Source: a virus. Taken from it: DNA of 64,000 bases. Shown in pieces: positions 35,006 to 44,258 of the stretch. The notes beneath the pieces are model-generated. The model was not told the origin of the DNA. It did no database searches and worked only from the letters and a program-made list of their open reading frames with translations. Where the stretch lies: the IMG/VR virus record IMGVR_UViG_3300036835_000374, positions 482-64,481 of that record; one strand, written 5' to 3'. Both the position numbers and the translations under genes were made by a program. Position 1 is the stretch's first letter; every line of letters begins with the position of its first letter.

Positions 35006-35302
35006 ATGAACCCCATGACCACCCTCAAGGCCGCCACCGACTGCCTGCGCGCCACCCTCACCGCCGCCCAGGAGGAACGGGCCCAGCGCCCCGACCTCGT
35101 GTCCGGACCGGACGGTCCCGAGTGCGAGTGGGCCGCCTACGAGCGGGCGCGCATGCACGCGAAGGTCAACGAGATCCGCACCGATCGCGGCCTGCCGCAC
35201 GTGCCGCTTGAGGACATCATGCGCGTCGAACGGCAGGCGGTCGGCCACGCCGACTACAGCCTCAAGTTCGCGTTCTACTGCGCCGAGCTCACCACCGCCT
35301 GA
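35006..35302 (+). CDS. Hypothetical protein
   Basis: Followed by a hairpin terminator at about 35318-35357. Confidence 0.55.
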   Translation: MNPMTTLKAATDCLRATLTAAQEERAQRPDLVSGPDGPECEWAAYERARMHAKVNEIRTDRGLPHVPLEDIMRVERQAVGHADYSLKFAFYCAELTTA

Positions 35303-35371
35303 CCCCTCGCACGCCAGAGGCCCCGCTCCTCCTCGCCCGAGGAAGACCGGGGCCTTCGCCCTGCGCGCACC

Positions 35372-35575
35372 TCAGTCGATGAACGACCCATCCGCCCGCC
35401 GCCGATGCCGCGAATCGAGGTGCTTGCACTGCGGGCAATGCCGCATCCCACCCCGCTTCACCACCCACGAGATCCCCGCCGTCATCAAATGCATGAACCC
35501 CACCCCCAAGTTCTGCCCCAGCCGAGAGAACCCCGGCATCGTGCACGTCTGACAATCCCGACAGCCACCAGCCAT
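35372..35575 (-). CDS. Small Cys-containing protein
   Basis: CRDCQTC and CPQC...H motifs. Confidence 0.5.
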   Translation of the reverse strand: MAGGCRDCQTCTMPGFSRLGQNLGVGFMHLMTAGISWVVKRGGMRHCPQCKHLDSRHRRRADGSFID

Positions 35576-35711
35576 CACAAACCCCCCAACCACAGCGCAC
35601 CCCCTGCGCGCAGTGCCGGAAGGCTACCGCCACAGACCGGACGCCCGCGGGGAAACGACGGGACCCCGGAGCCGCCGCCGAGCGCCCCGGGGTCCCACAC
35701 CCGCCCGCCGC

Positions 35712-38168
35712 CTACCGGGCGATCCACCCACCACCCGACGCCAACGGCAGCAGCTCAAGACTGTCCCACTGCGCGGCCAACGACGCCGACGCCGACCCGT
35801 TCACCGTCTCACTGCCCGCCGCAGCCACCGTCACCGCGTTCCCGCTGGAGTCCGTCTTCGTCACCAGCAGCCGCCGGCACCTGCCTGCCGCCGTCGGCAG
35901 CGTGACCGTGAACGTCCCACTGCTCGCGTCGGCCTGAACCGACTCGTCGAACGTCGAAGCCGTGTACGCCCCCGTGACCGCGACCGCCGGATACGAGAGC
36001 TGCCCGTCGAGGATGTCGTAGCCGACAGGGTGATCGAGAGTGAGGTTGGCGCGCGTGTACAGGCCGGTGAGGACCACGTCGCCGCGCGCTGTGCTGGAGG
36101 CGAAGCCGGAGTTGTTGTCGCCGAACCGGGGGGTGCTCGTCTCCGTGTCGACCCGCAGGTGCAGGAACGGTCCGAGACCGCCGGAGCCCGCGCCGATGAT
36201 GTAGACGAGGTACGTGCACGCCTCGATACTGAGGAGGGTGGCGACGATCGCGTGCGTGCTGCCCACCGACGAGTAGTAGGTGCCGACCGGGCAGAACGCG
36301 GCCCAGCAGTACAGGATCCGCATCCCGTACACGTCCGCGTGCTCGGTGACGAACACCCCGTAGGTGTAGCCGCCGTGGCAGGTCACGTTCCGCAGCAGCA
36401 CCAGGTCGTTGTTCCCGGACGCAGGCAGCAGCAAGCCGGGACACAGGCCGTTCGCGAAACCGCCCGGCGAGCTGTAGTCACCGCCGGCCACGGTGCCCGC
36501 GGTGCCGTAGGCGAAGTTCTCGATGGCGGCGTTGGCGAGACCGGTGAGATCGGCTGCGCCGTAGGTGAAGCCGTTCGCCGAGTGCGTCGTCAAGACCGAC
36601 AGGTTCCGCAGGGTGACGTGCATGTTGGAGAACACGCCAGGGCTCACGCCGTAGCCGCCCGGCTGGCTTGGGCCGCCGATCACGGCCGCGTTCCCCGCCG
36701 CGTTGATCGATGCGATCTGCGCGGCGAACGAAGCGAACACCCCGAACGACACGAGCGTGGCCCCCGACATCTGCGGCACCGTCTGCTCCCAGTGCTGCAC
36801 CGCCGCCCCATCCGCGGGCCCCTCGAAGGTCAGCACGACCTTGCTGCCGGTGGTGGCCACGACCGGCAGCGTCAGCTGCGAGTTGCCCTTCGTCGCCCCG
36901 CCCGTGACCAGCGGCCCGGCGATCCCGTAGAACCGGCCCGACGGAGCCGCAGGGAAGCGGATGGTGGCTGCACCGTGCGCCGCCGCATACGTGCCGGCCG
37001 CGTCGATCGCCGACTGGATCGCGGCAGTGTCGTCGGTCGCCCACATCACCAGCGCGTTGGTCACGTTGCCGCCGGAGGCATTCGCCGCGGCCAGCGTCAC
37101 AGAGGTCGAGGAATCGACGGTGCTGATCGTGGTGACCAGCGTCGTCACCCCGGACGCCCCGGCACCCTTGACGAGGATCGCCTTGCCCTGGTCCCCGGCC
37201 GTGAACGCTGCGGTGGCGCTGGTGAGCGTCGTCGACCCGGAGGACATCGCCCCATCGGTGACGACCTGCCCGTCGCCCACCGCGCCGTAGACGTTGTCGG
37301 TGACGTCGAACACCCACGCATCCGTGCCGGATGCCGCGTCCTGCCACACTGCAGTCGTGGAACCGGTCGCGGTCAGCACCTGCCCGGAGGATGGCGTCCC
37401 CGACACCCCGATCCCGTTGACCTTCGCGACCGTCGGATCCGGGTACGTGCCGGACAGGTCCCCGCCAGCAGGCCCGGTCGGTGTCCGCGCATCCGACAGA
37501 CGGGCATCGTCGCCCTCGCACGCCGTGCCGCCGCTCGCGCCGTAGGTGACGTTCAGGGTGCGGTCCGCGGCGAGGGTGCCGCCACCGGTCAGGCCGGTTC
37601 CGGCGATGATCTGCGTTGCTGCTGCGGCCCTGGTCGCTGTCTGCGTGTCGGTGTAGCTCCGGTCGCCGTGCGGGTCAGCCGCCGCAACGTGCGAGGCGAC
37701 GGCCGCTGCCGCAGCTCCGGAAGCGTCGGCGCCGACATCCGCGGCGGCCAGAGTGACTACGCCGGTGTGCCCGTTGACGGACAGCACGGACGGCGACACC
37801 ACCGTGCCAGCCGTGGAGCTGGTGGGTGCCACGTCCGGGAGCGCCACCGTCGGCACGGATGCGGGCAGGCTGATGCTGTAGGAGCGGGGCGGCTGACCGG
37901 TGAAGTTCTCGTCGACCCGGTAGGTCCAGTCGGTCGGGGTGAATCCGTCCGCGTCGGTCGCGAGAACGGGCCCGAGCGTGAACGTGCCCGACGCGCCCAG
38001 GGTGGCGTTGACGGGGCCGAGGACGATCAGCCCGTGCATGGAGGAGACGACGCGCTCCACGGACGGGGTGAGCGTGACCGTGCCCGCGGCGGCCGTGCCG
38101 TCGGGGTTGGCGAGGCCGCTGGTTCCGGCGTTGAGGGTGACGGAGTCGACCCCGGCAGGAAGGCCCAT
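35712..38168 (-). CDS. Spike/fibre-like protein with probable pectin-lyase-type beta-helix
   Basis: Fibre motifs VLSVNGHTGVVTL, HVAAADPHG, GTGLTGGGTL and GDLSGTYPDPTV; YGAVGDG...DDTAAIQSAIDAA...IRFP (pectate-lyase-3-like start); C-terminal FTVTLPTA...TKTDSSGNAVTV domain. Confidence 0.75.
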   Translation of the reverse strand: MGLPAGVDSVTLNAGTSGLANPDGTAAAGTVTLTPSVERVVSSMHGLIVLGPVNATLGASGTFTLGPVLATDADGFTPTDWTYRVDENFTGQPPRSYSISLPASVPTVALPDVAPTSSTAGTVVSPSVLSVNGHTGVVTLAAADVGADASGAAAAAVASHVAAADPHGDRSYTDTQTATRAAAATQIIAGTGLTGGGTLAADRTLNVTYGASGGTACEGDDARLSDARTPTGPAGGDLSGTYPDPTVAKVNGIGVSGTPSSGQVLTATGSTTAVWQDAASGTDAWVFDVTDNVYGAVGDGQVVTDGAMSSGSTTLTSATAAFTAGDQGKAILVKGAGASGVTTLVTTISTVDSSTSVTLAAANASGGNVTNALVMWATDDTAAIQSAIDAAGTYAAAHGAATIRFPAAPSGRFYGIAGPLVTGGATKGNSQLTLPVVATTGSKVVLTFEGPADGAAVQHWEQTVPQMSGATLVSFGVFASFAAQIASINAAGNAAVIGGPSQPGGYGVSPGVFSNMHVTLRNLSVLTTHSANGFTYGAADLTGLANAAIENFAYGTAGTVAGGDYSSPGGFANGLCPGLLLPASGNNDLVLLRNVTCHGGYTYGVFVTEHADVYGMRILYCWAAFCPVGTYYSSVGSTHAIVATLLSIEACTYLVYIIGAGSGGLGPFLHLRVDTETSTPRFGDNNSGFASSTARGDVVLTGLYTRANLTLDHPVGYDILDGQLSYPAVAVTGAYTASTFDESVQADASSGTFTVTLPTAAGRCRRLLVTKTDSSGNAVTVAAAGSETVNGSASASLAAQWDSLELLPLASGGGWIAR

Positions 38169-38359
38169 CAGCGGCCGCCCCGACGCTTGCGAGTCTTCGC
38201 GGCCTTACGCGCCATCTTGCTGCGCTGCGGGAAGGTGCGCCCGGCGTTACTGATCTCCGCCGCGCGAGTCTTCGAGAGGCCCTTGCGGCGTAGCGCGCGG
38301 TATGCCTTGAACCGGGTGCGGAAGACGAAGCCGTATTTGCCGCCGCGGCTGGAGACCAT
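38168..38359 (-). CDS. Very basic small protein
   Basis: Arg/Lys-rich, 63 aa, coupled to the spike gene. Confidence 0.6.
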   Translation of the reverse strand: MVSSRGGKYGFVFRTRFKAYRALRRKGLSKTRAAEISNAGRTFPQRSKMARKAAKTRKRRGGR

Positions 38360-38360
38360 G

Positions 38361-38552
38361 TCAGCGTCCCTTGCGTGCGGTGCGGCGGCGGCCTGCGGCG
38401 GCGAGTGCGGCCATCTTCGCCTTGCCGTACTTCCGTCGGCCGACAGCAGCGGCGACGGCCTTCGGGTTGCGGGCGCCGGACTTGGCCGCGGAGGCTGCGA
38501 CCGCGGCGAACCGCTTCCCCGTGCCGAGTTTCGGCGTCTTCTTCTTGGCCAC
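38361..38552 (-). CDS. Very basic Ala/Lys/Arg-rich small protein
   Basis: MAKKKTPKLGTGKRFAAV..., 63 aa. Confidence 0.6.
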   Translation of the reverse strand: MAKKKTPKLGTGKRFAAVAASAAKSGARNPKAVAAAVGRRKYGKAKMAALAAAGRRRTARKGR

Positions 38553-38599
38553 CTGGCCCACCTGCCTCACGCTGGAATCGAAGATGAGCGGGTGCCTTG

Positions 38600-38616
38600 A
38601 CCTACGATTCAAAGGT
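38600..38616. promoter_or_regulatory. Candidate late-gene motif ACCTACGATTCAAAGGT
   Basis: Near-identical to ACCTTCGATTCGAAGGC at 40822-40838. Confidence 0.55.
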
Positions 38617-38639
38617 ACAGGGCTAAGGAGGCACCCACC

Positions 38640-39203
38640 ATGGCCAACCCCCGAGGCAACCCCCGACAAGACGCACGCGGCCAACGCACCGGCCGCTACG
38701 TCCGCACCCTCGACGCCGCCGAACGCGACGCCCGCGTAGCCGAACTCGTCGCCGAAGGCTGGTCACAGCGCGCCATTGCTGCCGAGGTCGGCTACTCCCA
38801 CCACAGTTCCGTCGCTGAAGCGCACCGCCGCGCCGTCCGTTCCGTACTCCAAGGCCCGGCGGAGAAACTCCTCGCCCTGCACATGAACCGGCTGGAGTTC
38901 ATGTTCGCCAGCCTCATGGAGATGGCCGAGGACGACTACATCACCGTCTCCCACGGAAAGATCATCCGTGACGAGGAGGGCAACCCCGTCCCCGACATCG
39001 GCCCGAAGCTCGCCGCGTTCCGGGAAGCCCGCGCCAGCCTCGAAAGCTTCCGGCGCCTCGTCGGCCTCGACGAAGCCGTGAAGGTCGACGCCACCGTCCA
39101 CCAGGTCACCCAGGAAGACATCGAACTCGCCGAACTCATCCGGGAGGCCCAGGCACGCAACGCGACGGAGGAGGCGCGCATCAAAGGCGAGCCGCAGCCA
39201 TGA
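38640..39203 (+). CDS. terS: Terminase small subunit (HTH)
   Basis: GWSQRAIAAEVGYS HTH, AAGGAGG RBS, overlaps the large subunit. Confidence 0.75.
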   Translation: MANPRGNPRQDARGQRTGRYVRTLDAAERDARVAELVAEGWSQRAIAAEVGYSHHSSVAEAHRRAVRSVLQGPAEKLLALHMNRLEFMFASLMEMAEDDYITVSHGKIIRDEEGNPVPDIGPKLAAFREARASLESFRRLVGLDEAVKVDATVHQVTQEDIELAELIREAQARNATEEARIKGEPQP

Positions 39204-40783
39204 CCACCACGGAGGCGGCACGCCCGCAGGCCACCCCCTACCTCCACACCGAGGGCGGCGCCCCCCACGACGCGGGCACCTTCCACCTCGGCGAGTACGT
39301 CACCAGGGTCGACCCGAGACTGCTGGGCTCCCCGGAAGGCCGGCGCGCGCTCACCAGGCTGGACCCGCTGTTGTGGGCCACGCTCTACGTGCCGCACCTC
39401 CTCAAGGACCACGAGGGAACCGTCACCTTCGGCGACGTTCACCTCACGATCTACCGCGACGCCCTGGAACTCGTCCGCACCCCCGGGCCGAAGGAGTCCC
39501 GGCGCGCCTACGTCGCCCCTCGCGGCAGTGGGAAGAGTACGAGCCTCTTCCTCATCACTCCGCTATGGGCGGCATGCCACGGTCACGTCAACTTTGTTGC
39601 GGCCTTCTCCAGTTCCGCGACTCAGGCGCAAGATCACTTGGCCGGCCTGAGGAGGGAACTCCAGACAAACAAGCTTTTGCGCCTCGATTACCCGGATCTG
39701 TGTGAGCCTGCCCGAAAGAAGAACGGCACTCCCGTCGCCGATTCACAAGCGCTGCTGTTCACCAAGTCATCCTTTTCCTTCGCCGCGCGTGGCATCGACA
39801 CCGAAGTCCTCGGTCTGGTCGACCCGGAGAACCGGCGCCCCGACATGCTCCTCCTCGACGACATCGAGGGCGAGGAAGGCGCCGGGTACTCGCAGTACCA
39901 GGCGAAGAAACGCCTGACGACGCTGCTGGACGGCGTGCTCCCGATGAACGACCGGGCGCACGTCCGACTCGTGGGGACCGTGAACCTGCCCGGCGGGATC
40001 CTCGACCAGCTGACCAAGTCCGCCACGGAGACAGGCGACCCGGAGCGGTGGATCGCCGACGAGCGGTTCAACGTCACCTACTTTCCGCCGCTGGTCCCGC
40101 TCGGCGACGGCACGGAGCGGTCGTTGTGGCCGGGCCGATGGTCGACCGAGTATCTGCAGTCGATCTCGTCGACGCGAAGCTATATGAAGAACTTCGCGAA
40201 CAAGCCGGTGCCGGAGGATGCCGAGTACTGGTCGCCGTCCGACTTCACCTACGAGCAGCCGCCCGTGGTCCGGGCGTATCTGTCCGTGGACGGCGCGGTC
40301 ACCACGAAGAAGTCGTCTGACTTCACCGGTCTGTCAGTGGTGGGCGTTGCCGATGGGGCCGCTGGTGGGCCTGCCCGGTGTGTGGTCGAGCATGCGGAGG
40401 CGGTGAAGCTGCAAGGGGCTGCGCTGCGGGCGCGGGTGGTGCAGCTGCTGGAGTCGTTTCCGCATGTGGGTGCGGTGCTGGTGGAGACGAACCAGGGCGG
40501 CGACATGTGGCGGGAGGTGCTGGCCGGACTGCCGGTGCGGATCATCACGGTGCACAACTCGGAGCCGAAGACGGTGCGGGCCGGCCGCCTGTTGAATCTG
40601 TATCAGGCGGTGCCGCCGCGGGTGGTGCATGCGCGGCCGTTGCGTGCGCTGGAGGAGCAGATGTGCGCGTTCCCGAAGGCGTTGAACGATGACTTGGTCG
40701 ACAGTGTGGGGAATGCGGTGTTGCGGTTCTTGAAGCCGCCGCCGCGGAAGCGTGCTGCGGCCCGGTCGGTGACCCCCAGATAG
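39200..40783 (+). CDS. terL: Terminase large subunit
   Basis: Walker A APRGSGKST, Walker B LLLDDIE, nuclease SVDGA...DFTG...NDDLVD. Confidence 0.92.
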   Translation: MTTTEAARPQATPYLHTEGGAPHDAGTFHLGEYVTRVDPRLLGSPEGRRALTRLDPLLWATLYVPHLLKDHEGTVTFGDVHLTIYRDALELVRTPGPKESRRAYVAPRGSGKSTSLFLITPLWAACHGHVNFVAAFSSSATQAQDHLAGLRRELQTNKLLRLDYPDLCEPARKKNGTPVADSQALLFTKSSFSFAARGIDTEVLGLVDPENRRPDMLLLDDIEGEEGAGYSQYQAKKRLTTLLDGVLPMNDRAHVRLVGTVNLPGGILDQLTKSATETGDPERWIADERFNVTYFPPLVPLGDGTERSLWPGRWSTEYLQSISSTRSYMKNFANKPVPEDAEYWSPSDFTYEQPPVVRAYLSVDGAVTTKKSSDFTGLSVVGVADGAAGGPARCVVEHAEAVKLQGAALRARVVQLLESFPHVGAVLVETNQGGDMWREVLAGLPVRIITVHNSEPKTVRAGRLLNLYQAVPPRVVHARPLRALEEQMCAFPKALNDDLVDSVGNAVLRFLKPPPRKRAAARSVTPR

Positions 40784-40821
40784 CCTGCCGCCTTCGTGAC
40801 TGGGAGTAGAGCCATGCCGTA

Positions 40822-40838
40822 ACCTTCGATTCGAAGGC
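40822..40838. promoter_or_regulatory. Candidate late-gene motif (palindromic CCTTCGA-T-TCGAAGG)
   Basis: Intergenic, upstream of the portal RBS. Matches 38600-38616. Confidence 0.55.
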
Positions 40839-40857
40839 AAATCGGGAGGTGTGGTCG

Positions 40858-42399
40858 GTGGCAGCAAGCCCGGAACTGCTCGGCGCGTTCGAAGACCTCA
40901 CCCAGGCGCGTCCCGCCTACGCCAAGGCCCAGTCCTACTACGACGGCGACGTCGACGAAATCTACGCCTCCGACGCCGTGGCCCGGCTTCTCGCCAAGTC
41001 CCAGCTGGAAGAGATCGACGAGCTCAACTTCGCCCGGATCCCCGTCCGCGCCGTGCTGAACCGCCTTCACATCACCAGCATCACCACCGGCGACCAGCAC
41101 GCAGACGACGAGATCACCGACCTGATCACCGTCAACCAGCTCGACATGGAACTGCCGGGCCTGCTGGAGAAAGCCTGCTCACTCGGGGACGCCTACCTGA
41201 TGGTGTGGCCCAACCTCGACCCCGACGGCGCTATCACGTCCGTCGGGATGACCGTGCACAGCCCCACCACCGTCCGTGTCATCTACGACGACGAGCACCC
41301 GCTCCAAGTCCAGTTGGCGATCAAGTCGTGGTGTGTCGGACACGGCGAGTCCGAGACGGTCCGCGCCGACCTGTACTACCCGCCCGCCGTGGACGACACG
41401 GGCGCGGCGCTGTCGCGGATCGAACGCTACGTCCTGACGAAGAACAAGACCGGCACGAAAAGGTGGCAGCCCTACACCGGCGACGGGCAGCCCCCGGTCA
41501 TCACCCACCCATATGGGTTCCCGTTCCACCACTACCGCACCGCCCGCCCCTACGGACGGCCCGAGCACTACGCCGCCTACGGTGCGCAAACTCTGATCAA
41601 CAAGCTGGTCCTGTCCCACGCAGCGGTCATCGACTACCAGTCCCTGCCCCAGCGGTACGGGCTCATCGACCCCACCGTCGACCAGCCCGGCCAGCAAGCC
41701 GACTTCGACCCGGACTTCCCGGAGGACACCGCAGCGGATCCGGAGGACCCGGGCAACCCCTCCCAGCTGCGCTCGGATCCGGGCGAGTTCTGGCAGTTGC
41801 AGGGCTACAAGCAGGTCGGCCAGTTCGAGGCCGCGAACCCGTCCACCTACATGGAGCCGCTGGACCGGTACATCAAGGCCATGAGCCAGGTGACGGACAC
41901 GCCGTTCCACCTGTTCGACTCCACCGGCGACCAGATGTCCGGCGCCTCACGCAGGGAGGCGAATGCGCCGCTCATCGCCCGCGTCAACCACCTGCAACGC
42001 GCATTCGGCCCGGTCACCGAGGACGCCTTCGAGCACGCCCTCGCCCTCCTCGGTGTCGAGGACGTCACGGTGCAGGTGCGCTGGCAGCCGCCGCAGCAGA
42101 TCGACGACGCCGAAGGCTGGGCCACCGTCACCGCGAAAATCGACGCCGGCGTGCCCCGCGAGCAGGCGCTCGTGGAGACCGGCCGGGACCCGGAACTCGT
42201 ACGCGGATGGATGTCGAAGTTGGACGACGACGCCGAACTCGCCCGCCGCGTGGAACTGCTCACCAGCCTCGGCAACGCGGTGCAGGCCCTCGGTACCGGC
42301 GTGCAACTCGGCGCGATCAGCGAAGCCCAGGTGACACAGCTCCTCGACTCGGTCCTCGGCGCTACCGTGAACCTCAATGAACTTGAGGCCGGCACCTGA
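40858..42399 (+). CDS. Portal protein (SPP1 gp6-like)
   Basis: Position after terL; YYDG, NFARIPV, LGDAYLMVW and YGRPE motifs. Confidence 0.88.
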   Translation: MAASPELLGAFEDLTQARPAYAKAQSYYDGDVDEIYASDAVARLLAKSQLEEIDELNFARIPVRAVLNRLHITSITTGDQHADDEITDLITVNQLDMELPGLLEKACSLGDAYLMVWPNLDPDGAITSVGMTVHSPTTVRVIYDDEHPLQVQLAIKSWCVGHGESETVRADLYYPPAVDDTGAALSRIERYVLTKNKTGTKRWQPYTGDGQPPVITHPYGFPFHHYRTARPYGRPEHYAAYGAQTLINKLVLSHAAVIDYQSLPQRYGLIDPTVDQPGQQADFDPDFPEDTAADPEDPGNPSQLRSDPGEFWQLQGYKQVGQFEAANPSTYMEPLDRYIKAMSQVTDTPFHLFDSTGDQMSGASRREANAPLIARVNHLQRAFGPVTEDAFEHALALLGVEDVTVQVRWQPPQQIDDAEGWATVTAKIDAGVPREQALVETGRDPELVRGWMSKLDDDAELARRVELLTSLGNAVQALGTGVQLGAISEAQVTQLLDSVLGATVNLNELEAGT

Positions 42400-43403
42400 T
42401 GGCAGCCAATGCGCAGCAGCTCGCCGACCTGGTCCAGCAGCAGCAAACCAGCGAGGCCACCGACCTGGAATCCCAGACCGTCAGCGAGGCCGACGGCGGC
42501 GCGGACACCGCACTCGCAGCGGCGATCACTGCTGCCCTCGGCGGGTGGGTGACCGCGTTCGGGGCGCTCACCGTCGCCGGCTCCGGTCCTGCGCTCGCCG
42601 CTTACCTGGCGGGCGTCCGCAGAGACGTCGGCAGGGCAACGGCTGGACTGGAGGAGCGGGCCCCGCGGGTGGTGGCGGCCCGGCTCGGCGAGGCGGCCGG
42701 ACTGGGGGCCAGGCATGCGGTGGCGTTCGCCGTGCGGGCGGCGGGCGGGCGCCATCGTGTGCCGGAGGTGACCGTGCCGTCCGAGGCGTTGCAGGCGGCG
42801 CGCGCCTTGGGCGGCACGGTCCGGGAGCAGCTTCGGCTGGCGGCGCGGCTGCTGTCGGATCAAGAGGTGGGCCGGTCCGGGTGGCGGGGTGTCCTCACTG
42901 GCATTGGCGCGGCGCGTAAAGCGGTCGGGTTGGTGGGGAGGGCGGCGTCGTGGGCGCTGCACCGGGCCATCAACGACGGGGCCGCGCAGGCCGTGGCAGC
43001 GCTCGGCGCGCGCGGGCTGTGGGTGGCAGAGCCGGACGCCTGTGTGCTGTGCCTCGCCTACGCCGGACGTCTGGCCGATGCGGACGGCACGTTCCCGGGC
43101 GGCCTCGCCCTCGACCCACGTCAGCGGCAGACGTCCGCAGCCCGGATCGACGGCCCACCGCGGCACCCTCGCTGCCGGTGCCGGCTGGTTCCGTGGCGTG
43201 ACGAGTGGGCGCCTCGCCGCGGCCCAGCGCTGCCGGATCTGCTGCGGGAGCAGGCGTGGCGGTCCGTCGCTGCCGGCTCCGCCCGGCCGTCCGAGTCCCG
43301 TGCCGCACGGCTCCGTGCGGCACGCACGCTGCTCGCCACACGCGGTGTTCCTGCCGCCGTGCGCCGCCAGGCCCGAACCGCGGTCGCGGCCGGGCACTTC
43401 TGA
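42399..43403 (+). CDS. Minor head/morphogenesis protein (Mu gpF-like)
   Basis: WVAEPDACVLC and PPRHPRCRCRLVP motifs. Confidence 0.75.
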   Translation: MAANAQQLADLVQQQQTSEATDLESQTVSEADGGADTALAAAITAALGGWVTAFGALTVAGSGPALAAYLAGVRRDVGRATAGLEERAPRVVAARLGEAAGLGARHAVAFAVRAAGGRHRVPEVTVPSEALQAARALGGTVREQLRLAARLLSDQEVGRSGWRGVLTGIGAARKAVGLVGRAASWALHRAINDGAAQAVAALGARGLWVAEPDACVLCLAYAGRLADADGTFPGGLALDPRQRQTSAARIDGPPRHPRCRCRLVPWRDEWAPRRGPALPDLLREQAWRSVAAGSARPSESRAARLRAARTLLATRGVPAAVRRQARTAVAAGHF

Positions 43404-43414
43404 AGGAGAACCAG

Positions 43415-44149
43415 ATGGCACCCAACATGCCCGGATGGGCGCACCCCTACGACAACCCGTTCGTGCTGTACGCCGACGGCGGAGACCCTGACCCCGAGCC
43501 CACCGACGACCCGGCCCCGGAGCCCGACCCGGAGCCCGTCGACGACTGGCAGCCGCCGAGCCGGGAGGAATACGAGAAGCTCGTCGAAGCGAAGCGGAAG
43601 GCCGACGCTGAGGCTGCGGCGCGCCGCAAGTACCTGCGGCAGCACGGCATCGACCCGAAGACCGGGAACAAGTTGGAGCCCGACCCCGAGCCGGACCCCG
43701 CCCCCGCAGCGAGGCCGCAGGACCCCGCCGCCGCGGCCCCCGGCATGAGCGAAGCCGACGTCAAGCGGCTACTGGACAAGGCGGTCACGGAAACGCAGCT
43801 CCGAGGCCGCAGGCAGATGCACTCGTTCACCGTCGGCTTCAACCAGGAACTGGCGAAGGCCGGGTGGAACGGCTCCCGGCTCGGGCATCTGATGAAGCTC
43901 CTCGACTTCGACGACATAGACATCGACGACGACGGGGAGATCACCGGCCTGACGGAGCAGATCGAGGGCTTGAAGACCGAGTGGCCCGAGTTCTTCAAGC
44001 GCAACCGCTCCGGACCGTCCAAGCCGAACGGCGGTTCTGGCCAAAACGGCAGCCCGGCGGCTAACGTTGACACAGCCGACAAGAAGCCCCCCGCGCCGGA
44101 GCCCAAGGACTGGGCACACCAGGTCGCCGAAAAGCTGATGCGCGGCTAG
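43415..44149 (+). CDS. Capsid scaffolding protein
   Basis: Asp/Pro-rich, helical, WPEFF motif. Lies before the major capsid gene. Confidence 0.75.
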   Translation: MAPNMPGWAHPYDNPFVLYADGGDPDPEPTDDPAPEPDPEPVDDWQPPSREEYEKLVEAKRKADAEAAARRKYLRQHGIDPKTGNKLEPDPEPDPAPAARPQDPAAAAPGMSEADVKRLLDKAVTETQLRGRRQMHSFTVGFNQELAKAGWNGSRLGHLMKLLDFDDIDIDDDGEITGLTEQIEGLKTEWPEFFKRNRSGPSKPNGGSGQNGSPAANVDTADKKPPAPEPKDWAHQVAEKLMRG

Positions 44150-44258
44150 ACCCCCGAGCGGGGTCGACGTTTGAGCCGGAGGCTCACAGTTCGCCCAGGC
44201 AAGGGCACCCACCAACCGCGCGGGCTGTGAGCCCCTTGTCACCCCATGGAGTATTCGG

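Noticed and set aside
26302-35600. An independent AICE nested in the prophage
   Set aside because: No second integrase, no RepSA/RepAM-type initiator and no flanking att repeats recognised. Treated as a phage-borne cassette, though not formally excluded.
35613-38600. 995-aa + strand ORF
   Set aside because: Antisense shadow of the spike gene and the basic proteins. Arg/Gly-rich nonsense composition typical of high-GC DNA.
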